64,000 nt of DNA from the NCBI RefSeq assembly GCF_002113885.1, contig NW_018404097.1:1422950-1486949 (forward strand), written 5' to 3'. The translations under genes were made by a program, and so were the position numbers. Shown here one piece after another: positions 51,401-59,329 of this stretch. The notes below the pieces were generated by a model. It did not search any database and was not told where the DNA came from. It was given only the letters and a program-made list of their open reading frames with translations. This DNA is from Mizuhopecten yessoensis (lineage: Eukaryota). Position 1 is the stretch's first letter. Each line of letters begins with the position of its first letter.

Positions 51401-54400
51401 TATTGACTATAAACCAATGTAACATGCCTGCTTTATTTATTGGCTTCAGAATTACTGTGAAAATTTACCCATATTAACTTTTGACACTTTTCAAAGTTTT
51501 CCTTTTCCCCAATAAAACTATGATTATCTCTGTTGAGCAAGTTTTTTTGTTTTGTTTACAGGGTGGACCATATCACGACCTGTTGCACAGCCTTCTTGGT
51601 GCTTATGCCTGCTACCGGCCTGACGTGGGTTATGTAAGTGTCACAGTGTACATCGCACAAACAGCTAACATGTCTCAGTTGAAACTCATATTAATACTGA
51701 CCCGAGTAGAATAGGCTTTCATTTAACATGGCTCCATCATGTAACAAATAAGTACCGGACTGACTGGGTTATGTAAGTGTCACAGTCAACATGATGTTTA
51801 CAGCTAACTTGTCAATACAAAAATGTATGTGAAGTGTTCAGAAAGAGAACTGAAACTGATTTTAGAGAAAAAATAATAATGTTAGGTTTAAGGGAGGCAA
51901 CTCTCGGAGAATTGGATTTTCCTTACTCATCTCTCTATTTGTTTACCTACAGGTACAGGGTATGTCTTTCATCGCAGCAGTACTTCTACTCAACATGGAT
52001 GTAGCTGATGCCTTTCTGGTTTTTGCCAATCTCCTTAACCGCCCCTGTCAAGTGGCCTTCTTTAGGATAGATGAGGAAATGGTTGGTATTTTTGTTCGCT
52101 ATCCATGTCTTAATGTATTAATTGTAAATCCTATAAAAAATAACAACAATACAGCTATAATTAGAGACACCAATTCCTGTGACAATACAGATTAGATCAA
52201 CTAGATGCAATATAGACTGCCTTCAGCAACAATATATGCAAAGAGCTAGTTATATCATAATGATTGGTTTCATGTGCTGATGAAGCCATTGCAAGTGGTT
52301 GCCTGCTGCCCTCACTCTGGATCAAGGGAGTTCACTCATACTCTCCACATGCTAGAATGTTACAAGATAGGAACACGTTTCTAATTCCCTTAATATACAT
52401 CCCTGATTTATGAGAAGTTTTTTTTTACATCCCTGATCAGCCCTTAACTCACAATTGTCGGCATCACACTGTTAGTCAGAGGATCTTCTTGAACTTGTAT
52501 GAACTCCTGAACAGTACCTCCCACTATATAACTTATATTAGTGCAATTCTTTAGTAATTCATGCATGTATCATATTGCTTCTGTTATTAAACATTATTAT
52601 ATTGTCAATTCTGTATTTATAATAAAAAGAAAAGATTTCCAAAAATAACTCCTCCTGCAAATTAAGTAAAGCATTACATTAATGATTGTATTACTGTTTT
52701 AGATGAAGTCCTACTTTCAAACATATGAGGATTTCTTCCGTGAAAATATGCCTTCACTGCACCGCCATTTTGTAAAGAATGTTGTGACTCCAGACCTGTA
52801 CATTATAGACTGGTAGGTATTCTAATGCTGTGACTCCAGACCTGTACATATAGACTGGTAGGTATTCAAATGTTGAGACTCCAGACATGTACAATATAGA
52901 CTGGTAGGTATTCAAATGCTGTGACTCCAGACCAGTACATTATAGACTGGTAAGTATTCAAATGTTGTGACTCCAGACCTGTACATTATAGACTGGTAGG
53001 TATTCAAATGTTGTGACTCCAGACCTGTACATTATAGACTGGTAGGTATTCAAATGCTGTGACTCCAGACCAGTACATTATAGACTGGTAAGTATTCAAA
53101 TGTTGTGACTCCAGACCTGTACATTATAGACTGGTAGGTATTCAAATGTTGTGACTCCAGACCTGTACATTATAGACTGGTAGGTATTCCAATGTTGTGA
53201 CTCCAGACCTGTACATTATAGACTGGTAGGTATTCCAATGTTGTGACTCCAGACCTGTACATTATAGACTGGTAGGTATTCAAATGTTGTGACTCCAGAC
53301 CTGTACATTATAGACTGGTAAGTATTCAAATGTTGTGACTCCAGACCTGTACATTATAGACTGGTAGGTATTCAAATGTTGTGACTCCAGACCTGTACAT
53401 TATAGACTGGTAGGTATTCCAATGTTGTGACTCCAGACCTGTACATTATAGACTGGTAGGTATTCCAATGTTGTGACTCCAGACCTGTACATTATAGACT
53501 GGTAGGTATTCAAATGTTGTGACTCCAGACCTGTACATTATAGACTGGTAAGTATTCAAATGTTGTGACTCCAGACCTGTACATTATAGACTGGTAGGTA
53601 TTCAAATGTTGTGACTCCAGACCTGTACATTATAGACTGGTAGGTATTCCAATGTTGTGACTCCAGACCTGTACATTATAGACTGGTAGGTATTCCAATG
53701 TTGTGACTCCAGACCTGTACATTATAGACTGGTAGGTATTCAAATGTTGTGACTCCAGACCTGTACATTATAGACTGGTAAGTATTCAAATGTTGTGACT
53801 CCAGACCTGTACATTATAGACTGGTAGGTATTCAAATGTTGTGACTCCAGACCTGTACATTATAGACTGGTAGGTATTCCAATGTTGTGACTCCAGACCT
53901 GTACATTATAGACTGGTAGGTATTCCAATGTTGTGACTCCAGACCTGTACATTATAGACTGGTAGGTATTCCAATGTTGTGACTCCAGACCTGTACATTA
54001 TAGACTGGTAGGTATTCCAATGTTGTGACTCCAGACCTGTACATTATAGACTGGTAGGTATTCCAATGTTGTGACTCCAGACCTGTACATTATAGACTGG
54101 TAGGTATTCCAATGTTGTGACTCCAGACCAGTACATTATAGACTGGTAAGTATTACAATGTTGTGACTCCAGACCTGTACATTATAGACTGGTAGGTATT
54201 CCAATGTTGTGACCCCAGACCTGTACATATAGACTGGTAGGTACCCCATTGAATATGGGCTAGTATGGATATAAGTTATGTCTGGTACATCGTAGGTAAT
54301 TTCAAACAGCATTTAACACAATATCATACTTGCCAATTTTCTCTATTTAGGAGGGAGACTCCAGATTTTGGACCCTTATATTCGGTATTTTCAACCAGTA

Positions 54401-55591
54401 AATTTGCTAAACTATTCCTGTGTTTTAAGATCTAATGATTTCATCAAAAAGAGCAACTCAAAATATTTCATTTCAAAAGGTTGTTTTGTCTTTATGTGGT
54501 ATATACACACATTTAATATGTATACATTTTGAGAATGCAGAACCTCCCCCATGGAAATTTTTAAAAGTTGGCAAGTATGCCATAAACAATGTGTACTTGA
54601 TGTTACATAGTATATATATATTACACTGAGGTTAACGACCTGTCCTTTATATTGTAGGATATTTACACTGTTCAGTAAGTCTCTCCCCCTGGATGTTACA
54701 TAGTATATATATATTACACTGAGGTTAACAGCCTGTCCTTTGTATTGTAGGATATTTACACTGTTCAGTAAGTCTCTCCCCCTGGATGTTACATAGTATA
54801 TATATATATATATTACACTGAGGTTAACAGCCTGTCCTTTGTATTGTAGGATATTAACACTGTTTAGTAAGTCTCTCCCCCTGGATGTTACATAGTATAT
54901 ATTTATTACACTTAGGTTAACGACCTGTCCTTTGTATTGTAGGATATTTACACTGTTCAGTAAGTCTCTCCCCCTGGATGTGGCCTGTAGAGTGTGGGAC
55001 ATGTTCTGTCGCGATGGAGAGGAGTTCCTGTTCCGCACCGCACTAGGTAACTATCACAATACATGTTTGAAAAATCCTGATAATAACTGTATTGCAGGGA
55101 TCCTGTAAAATAATTATGTTTAATACAGATGCTGTATGTAAACATTAGTGTATAACAGATACACTGTATATACTTTGGTGTGTATCAGAGATCCTGTATA
55201 AAACTTTGTGAACATTGTATTATAGAAGTCCTGCGTAAAATTTACGTGTATTACAGATATTCTGTGTATATATCACATTGTGTATTGCAGAAATCCTATA
55301 TATATTACTTTTCGTATCACAAAGACGCTCTATATAATTTTGTATTAGAGATGCTGTATTACGGAATTCCTGTATATAACTTTGTGTATTATTACAGGTA
55401 TCCTGAAGATGTACGAGAACAATTTGATACACAATGACTTCATACACTGTGTGCAGTTCCTCACCAAACTGCCCGAGACACTATGTGCTGATACGCTCTT
55501 CAGGAATATAGACTCTGTCCGAATGAACATAGACAAGAAAAGGTTCACACAAATTCTGGCTGGGAACAAAGAGCAGAAGGAAATGACATGA
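8346..55591 (+). CDS. TBC1D14: TBC1 domain family member 14/12-like Rab GTPase-activating protein, whole gene model: join(8346..9490,34906..35136,36277..36359,46984..47101,47693..47799,50435..50527,51209..51303,51562..51633,51953..52081,52703..52812,54943..55046,55398..55591), 826 aa
   Basis: Twelve exons joined by GT-AG introns with consistent phases give one 2481-nt open frame. The translation has [81 protein letters not shown] and [22 protein letters not shown], which I recognise as TBC1D14/TBC1D12 sequence. It is probably the single invertebrate co-orthologue of both. Confidence 0.93.
10575..10856. repeat. 29-bp minisatellite, about 9-10 copies
   Basis: ATATAAACACAACACAAATAACCATCTAC at 10592, 10621, 10650, 10679 and onward. 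Confidence 0.9.
11181..11530. repeat. 25-bp minisatellite, about 14 copies
   Basis: GTAGTTGAGTATGGCCCRACTCGWG. Confidence 0.92.
12317..12690. repeat. 54-bp minisatellite, about 7 copies
   Basis: GAACATAGATCATAATGTAAGCTAGGCCTATGTAAATTGTGATACGTTGGTTAA. Confidence 0.92.
13144..13532. mobile_element. MITE-like element with about 70-bp imperfect inverted repeats
   Basis: CTCGCCTATTATACGC..GTATGGATTTGTTACTAAAAATA is mirrored by TATTTTTAGTAACAAATCCATAC..GCGTATAATAGGTGAG. Confidence 0.6.
14013..14960 (+). mobile_element. Old degenerate Helentron/HINE-like element
   Basis: T-run start, internal CAATATGGCTACCAGTAGCCATCTTGG and GATGAAACTTTG motifs resembling the 146-bp unit, and an end GGGGACATATTCAC...TTCTGGTTT. 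Boundaries are approximate. Confidence 0.35.
18806..18896. mobile_element. piggyBac-like MITE, about 83 bp plus TTAA TSD (subfamily A)
   Basis: TTAA-CTCATTCACCCC...GTGAATGAG-TTAA; five related copies in the window. Confidence 0.7.
24380..25565. repeat. 39-bp minisatellite, about 29-30 copies
   Basis: GACTAAGTTGGTTCCTGTGTATAGGGGTCATGTCGGTTA; explains the 416-aa and 362-aa ORFs. Confidence 0.95.
26765..27185. repeat. Minisatellite of about 35 bp, about 12 copies
   Basis: TTACTCATTATATGGTATATGTCTATACCCCTACG. Confidence 0.9.
28990..29080. mobile_element. piggyBac-like MITE (subfamily A)
   Basis: TTAA-CTCATTCACCCCTGAA...TTCAGGGGTGAATGAG-TTAA with a perfect TIR. Confidence 0.75.
29323..29546. 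mobile_element. Kolobok-like MITE
   Basis: Perfect inverted repeat of about 40 bp, AAAGGACCTGTTACAGGAACAAAAGAATTTTGCCCACAAA, with AGG...CCT ends and degenerate TTAA-like flanks (TCAA/TTAC). The family assignment is inferred. Confidence 0.65.
29614..29755. repeat. 43-bp tandem repeat, about 3 copies
   Basis: GCCAAAAGAGCTACATAGTTTAGGTTTAATGTTCAGACCAAAG. Confidence 0.85.
29839..30118 (+). mobile_element. tRNA-derived SINE (tRNA-Gly-like head)
   Basis: A-box TGGTCGAGTGG, loop CTTCCAC (TCC), degenerate B-box GGTTTGATCAC, an unrelated body and a T-run end. There is no complete acceptor stem. Confidence 0.55.
30604..31506 (+). mobile_element. Non-autonomous Helentron (HINE)-like element with about five 146-bp internal repeats
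   Basis: In order: TTTTT-AGGTCACCTGAG...CTCAAGTGACCT hairpin, (CGTC)n, 146-bp units from 30694, CTCAGGTGACC, AGGCCCATGGGCCT, CTTGTT end. Confidence 0.8.
33485..34190. repeat. Minisatellite of about 52-60 bp, about 13 copies
   Basis: GTAACTGACCAGTCTGTCCCTACTACAGGACACTATATTACCTGGTCAGATACT. Confidence 0.88.
34906..35136 (+). CDS. TBC1D14: TBC1D14-like exon 2 (NIFSRKPK...GWKLFGR...[11 protein letters not shown])
   Basis: Acceptor ttattttTCAG, donor AT|GTAAGT, 231 nt, phase 2/2, conserved motifs. Confidence 0.93.
35762..36245. repeat. 24-bp minisatellite ending about 30 bp before the exon 3 acceptor
   Basis: TGACCTGTCTATTGTGATCCTGTA, degenerate at both ends. Confidence 0.88.
36277..36359 (+). 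CDS. TBC1D14: TBC1D14-like exon 3 ([27 protein letters not shown])
   Basis: Acceptor taacAG with a weak pyrimidine tract, donor G|GTACGT, 83 nt. It matches the family NLPAK..EEA.KHRQQYEEM segment. Confidence 0.92.
36555..38188. repeat. 1.6-kb C/T-rich 10-11-bp minisatellite
   Basis: CTCTGTCCCC / CTCTGTTCCCC / CTATGTCCCC units. The lack of stop codons produces three 560-590-aa pseudo-ORFs. Confidence 0.95.
39123..39325. mobile_element. Two adjacent piggyBac-like MITEs (39123..39213 subfamily A, 39235..39325 subfamily B)
   Basis: Same TIR/TTAA structure and identical length, 21 bp apart. Confidence 0.7.
39361..40546. repeat. AC-rich minisatellite of about 16-17 bp
   Basis: ACACAATGACACACCT / ACACAATGACACAACT variants. 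Confidence 0.92.
45500..46505. repeat. 34-bp minisatellite (two related 17-bp subunits), about 29 copies
   Basis: ACAAGTATACTGCCATA-ACAATCACACTGCCACA. Confidence 0.92.
46984..47101 (+). CDS. TBC1D14: TBC1D14-like exon 4 (coiled-coil, ...[11 protein letters not shown])
   Basis: Acceptor ctctttgTAG, donor GC|GTAATT, 118 nt. Confidence 0.92.
47693..47799 (+). CDS. TBC1D14: TBC1D14-like exon 5 (start of TBC domain, [22 protein letters not shown])
   Basis: Acceptor tttgacAG, donor G|GTATGC, 107 nt, TBC GIP..RG.VW motif. Confidence 0.94.
48014..48157. repeat. 31-bp tandem repeat, about 4.6 copies
   Basis: GGAGATGTTTGGTGTGTGTATAGGGTGTTTG. Confidence 0.9.
48219..48988 (+). mobile_element. Non-autonomous PIF/Harbinger-like DNA transposon, copy 1
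   Basis: TIR of about 33 bp, GGCCATAATAAATTAWTTGCTAGRTTCTCATCC, 3-bp TSD TTA, internal ORF 48405..48773. Confidence 0.8.
48405..48773 (+). CDS. Transposon-borne 122-aa ORF of unknown function (possibly a truncated accessory gene)
   Basis: ATG-initiated, non-repetitive [14 protein letters not shown]... inside the element. No transposase motif recognised. Confidence 0.4.
   Translation: MVFVILKLKRQLAVLKDWYGCSVADTKTLMQVFHELAEGTIDKSAPVECGNRAVVSAGKSKVELTQCDGACTVGEVVSYLGAYLEFNIDADTEEQSATAIAKSDAFTILMSGFSKATMTRSL
49236..50095 (-). mobile_element. Non-autonomous PIF/Harbinger-like DNA transposon, copy 2 (inverted)
   Basis: Same TIRs, TSD TAA, near-identical reverse complement of copy 1 plus about 90 bp extra (about 49320-49405). 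Confidence 0.8.
49539..49907 (-). CDS. Transposon-borne 122-aa ORF, second copy
   Basis: Same protein as 48405..48773 except one I/S change. Confidence 0.4.
   Translation of the reverse strand: MVFVILKLKRQLAVLKDWYGCSVADTKTLMQVFHELAEGTIDKSAPVECGNRAVVSAGKSKVELTQCDGACTVGEVVSYLGAYLEFNIDADTEEQSATASAKSDAFTILMSGFSKATMTRSL
50435..50527 (+). CDS. TBC1D14: TBC1D14-like exon 6 ([14 protein letters not shown]...)
   Basis: Acceptor ttttacAG, donor A|GTAAGT, 93 nt, phase 1/1. Confidence 0.9.
50681..50771. mobile_element. piggyBac-like MITE (subfamily B)
   Basis: TTAA-CCCATTCACCCCTG...GGAGTGAATGAG. Confidence 0.7.
51209..51303 (+). CDS. TBC1D14: TBC1D14-like exon 7 ([10 protein letters not shown], arginine finger)
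   Basis: Acceptor tacttcAG, donor AAG|GTAAAT, IxxDxxR motif. Confidence 0.95.
51562..51633 (+). CDS. TBC1D14: TBC1D14-like exon 8 ([24 protein letters not shown])
   Basis: Acceptor gtttacAG, donor TAT|GTAAGT, 72 nt. Confidence 0.95.
51953..52081 (+). CDS. TBC1D14: TBC1D14-like exon 9 ([14 protein letters not shown]..., glutamine finger)
   Basis: Acceptor cctacAG, donor ATG|GTTGGT, 129 nt. It completes the YxQG motif. Confidence 0.95.
52703..52812 (+). CDS. TBC1D14: TBC1D14-like exon 10 ([12 protein letters not shown]...TPDLYIIDW)
   Basis: Acceptor gttttAG, donor TG|GTAGGT, 110 nt. Its last 35 nt form part of the first unit of a 46-bp array. Confidence 0.93.
52778..54243 (+). repeat. 46-bp tandem array (about 32 copies) of the exon 10 3' end plus splice donor
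   Basis: AATGTTGTGACTCCAGACCTGTACATTATAGACTG|GTAGGTATTCA. Confidence 0.96.
54598..54981 (+). repeat. 93-99-bp tandem repeat (4 copies) of the exon 11 acceptor plus exon 5' end
   Basis: Exon-like starts at 54658, 54751, 54850 and 54943; the units differ mainly in (TA)n length. Confidence 0.95.
54943..55046 (+). CDS. TBC1D14: TBC1D14-like exon 11 ([34 protein letters not shown])
   Basis: The fourth of four copied acceptors (ttgtattgTAG) and the only one continuing in frame. Donor G|GTAACT. Confidence 0.94.
55088..55410 (+). repeat. Degenerate repeats of about 30-40 bp resembling the exon 12 acceptor
   Basis: Recurrent TGTATTRCAG-RNATCCTGTATA motifs ending in the true TATTACAG|GTATCCTG. Confidence 0.55.
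55398..55591 (+). CDS. TBC1D14: TBC1D14-like terminal coding exon 12 (ILKMYEN...FLTKLPE...KEMT*)
   Basis: Acceptor ttattacAG, phase 1, TGA at 55589-55591. Confidence 0.93.
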
Positions 55592-56639
55592 TCTCTGGGC
55601 TCACTAGGGGAACTGAATGACACCACAGAGAGAGAAAGAAAGAGATTCAAACAAAGTGTGATAAACGTGTCCTGTCAGGAACTGGTGACGTCTAGTGTGA
55701 CTGGCTTTGAACATGTGATATTTTTGTTTGTTGAGGGGGAAATCAAGTGATTTTTTGAATGGAGAAAATGAAATTTTATCAAGAATGATGTGTGAAAGGA
55801 AGACCATTAAGGACAGTGAATGATTGTCAAAATAATTTGTTAACGAACTGTTGGATGAGATTAATATACAGTCTACAGGATACATATCGTGTATATTGTT
55901 ACTAAGGATGTAAAACTTAGTTTGTATTAAATACATTCTGTATGAGTTGATTCGGCCAGGTGCTGGAGGGGACTCTAAAAGGACACTGATGTGAGCACAA
56001 TGTAGATGTATTACCCTAAAAGAGAGAAACAGTCTGATATTCTTTGTTTAATATGACTGTCTAGAGTGTGTGATTATTGACTGATCATGGTACATACGAA
56101 CAACCAGGGAATAATACAGTGGGTATTTTAATCTTTGTATATCATGTTGGAATTAATTTGCAAAGAACAATGAATATGTTTAAAGATTGCATTAGACATA
56201 CACATTACCTCAATATCTGCACCAATATTTTCCACAATTAATTGTACATGCTCAAACATTTTGCAATTGTACAAAGTATATTGATGGCAAAAAAATCCTT
56301 CCCTTCCTAAAAATTTCATTATAAAGAGCAATGTTATTCCCTGTTTGCTTATAATATATTATTCTGTTCATTTCGTTTAGATATTGTAATGATTTGTAGC
56401 AGGGGTGTAAGATTGGTTACTTGATTTGAAATTTATGATTTGGTGTGTTTTGTTATGAAGCACCTTTAATATTCAGTGTTTTATCTCCACAGTTGAATTC
56501 CTTACACTGAAATGTTTGAAAGTCATGCTGGTTATGATTTTTTCGGCTTGCAGTGTGCTCAGATATTTATCAGTGTGTTGTTTATCTGTTGTATGTGTGA
56601 TACCTTGTTGCCATACTCATGAGCATAATACGTCGGTGA

Positions 56640-57160
56640 TGAAGCTGGTCTTCTCTGGTCTGTAACTAAACAAACTTTTATCTGGTTTTCTCATGTCTAT
56701 AACTAAAACTGCAACCTGATTTTCACGTGTCTATTACCAAAACACTGTCAGCTAGTTTTCTTGTGTCTGTCACTATTAGCTGGTTTTCTCATGTCTATTA
56801 CTAAAACACTAGTATCTGGGTTTCTCATGTCTATTCTCGTGTCTATTACTAAAACACTATTAGTATCATCTGGTTTTCTCTGGTCTGTTACTAAAACACT
56901 AGTATCTGGGTTTCTCATGTCTGTTACTAAAACACTATTAGTATTATCTGGGTTTCTCATGTCTATTACTAAAACACTAGTATCTGGGTTTCTCATGTCT
57001 ATTCTCATGTCTATTACTAAAACACTTTTAGTATTATCTGGTTTTCTGGTTTTCTCTGGTCTGTTACTAAAACACTGTAAGCTGGCCTTTTTACCTTCTA
57101 TCATTAAAACTTTATTAGCTGTTTTTTTCATGTCTCGTATTACAACACTATTAGCTGGTC
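56640..57160. repeat. Minisatellite of about 39-45 bp in the probable 3'UTR
   Basis: TCTGGKTTTCTCATGTCTATTACTAAAACACTA(TTA)GTA units. Confidence 0.85.
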
Positions 57161-59329
57161 AACCAGCTGCAGGCCTTGTGGTCATTAGAAACTTTGAAAA
57201 AAAAATCACATCACAAACTCCTTCTGTTGAAATTTTTTCAGAGTGCTTTTACTGGAGCACATGCATACCCTGTAAGTCTGCTTTCAGCAAAGGCGAGTTA
57301 CACATAAAAGTTATCTCCCCTTGGCTAAATAACCATGGATCTCTTTCCCAGTCATCTTTTACTACTTGACACTATAAGAAAAGGATTATCCAACAGGTTT
57401 ATAGTGGATCTAGATCATAGACAGTGCATAAGAGGGCAGTTACATGTTTGCAATATTCAAACAAATACTCACACGAATGGTCTTGTAAATAAGCCAGTCC
57501 AATAAATGTACTCGTGTAAAAGTACTGAAATACGATTTATGGAGATGAAGCTTGTGTGTATGTTTAATGTTCTTGTGTACGTATTTAGATTGTGCTTGTT
57601 TTGGTTGCATATGTGTGTATTGCATGAATTGAAAAATATTTTGATTTTGATTTTGTAAGGATGGGTGTGGGTAAGTGGATAAGGATGTGTGTATAAAATC
57701 TATGTAATTCATTGGAGAATTTTATACTGGTATTAATGAGGGAGTGTGCGGCCTATCAGGGACCAGAATTTAACAGTAAACCTTGGCTTCTGTACCATGT
57801 TTCCTATTAAATATTGTGATATTATGTAACAAGATTGGGCATTCATTCATAATTTGTATTTTGCTTTTGAATTTACAGACAGATGCCTATACAAATCCTA
57901 CAGCAAGATCAAAACTCTGTTACAAAGAATTATATCCACCATTAACACATCTTACAGTCATCAAAATGTCATTATGTCAACAAGAAAGAAACATTATTAC
58001 ATTAAATGTACTTAGTATCTGAAAAAGAGACATTGTTCCTGACATCTAACAATGGTTTGGAACTGAAGTAAACTTACTTAAACTTCATGTGATGGTTTAT
58101 TTAGAATTTATTAGCTTTTCTATGCTGTCTCATATTACATGCTTTATATGGTAACAAAATAAGTAAATTGAATTTCAAGATTTCCGAGCTGAGTTTGGCT
58201 CTGTTCTGTGAATCGGTGTGATATAGGTTTATGTCTATTGTGTGATATAGACTGCCATCTGTGTACAGTTTATATACGTAGCAATGAACTGTATATAAGG
58301 CTTTGTATATATTTTTAAAATGCTACTTTTGTAAAATGAAATTTATTTTGTATACAAATAAGTTTGAAAAAGTTCAGAAGATTTTCGTACATAAAAGGTT
58401 TGCGAGAATTGTATCTTCGAGAATTCCTAGAGGTTAGAACTGTTGTAATACAGGGTTAGGATGTATTGTAACGCATGGTTAGAATCACTGTTACATGGCA
58501 GTAGACTCTTGGTAATATGGAGTTAGACATAACACAGGCTTGTATCAATTGATGTTTGCATGTGGTCGATGGCTTGTTTGGAGTTTGGACTTCATAGTGC
58601 ACATTATTGTAATAAACCTTTATAAATAATTGGTACAAAAGAAATATAAGCCAAAAATAAATTTATCTTCAAATTCAGTGAGTCCTGAGACACCTATCTT
58701 CAAGATAACGATTACGATAACGTGTTACAAGCCCCTGTGTATTAGCTTCTCCATTGTTACAGGTTCCTGTACATTATTCATTCCTTGATGAAAACACTTT
58801 CCAGGTCAACCTTTGATTGATAAGAAGGTAAAATATACATAAAATACTGTGTCGAAATTTTGGGACATGTTATCAGGAGTTACTTCGAATGCTCTCGCTT
58901 TAATATTCAGTTTTGTGTCTCACCATGGTATGTGTTCAATCAGAACAAGATCTTTGATTTATGAGTATGCATAGGTTTATTGTTTATGACCAATTACCAG
59001 AATTTTATTAATCAATGTACATTGTGTTGTTTTTGTTTTTTTTGTTTTTTTTTGCTTCTATAAAAATTAAGTTATTCCCCCTCAATACTTTCGTAATTTC
59101 ATGTAAAATAAATTTAAGTTCATGGTGATTCAACATTTAATTGTACAGTTTTGTGGAATGAAATGCTCAAAGTATTATGCATAGACGGGCTCATGTTGAA
59201 TGTGATAACATAGACCGACAGGTATGTTTGTGACGTCACCTATATATGTATAAACTATTGATGACTTGACCGTCACTATTTGATCCTATTCAGAATTACA
59301 ATTGATCCTTGCTAGTTTACCTGTGACTT

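Noticed and set aside
52778-54243. CRISPR-like appearance of regular short repeats (also 59330..62618 and 24380..25565)
   Set aside because: The units are head-to-tail with no unique spacers, there are no cas genes, and the context is a spliced eukaryotic gene.
54412-55038. 208-aa minus-strand ORF with repeated [14 protein letters not shown]
   Set aside because: Antisense reading of the 93-99-bp acceptor repeat and exon 11.
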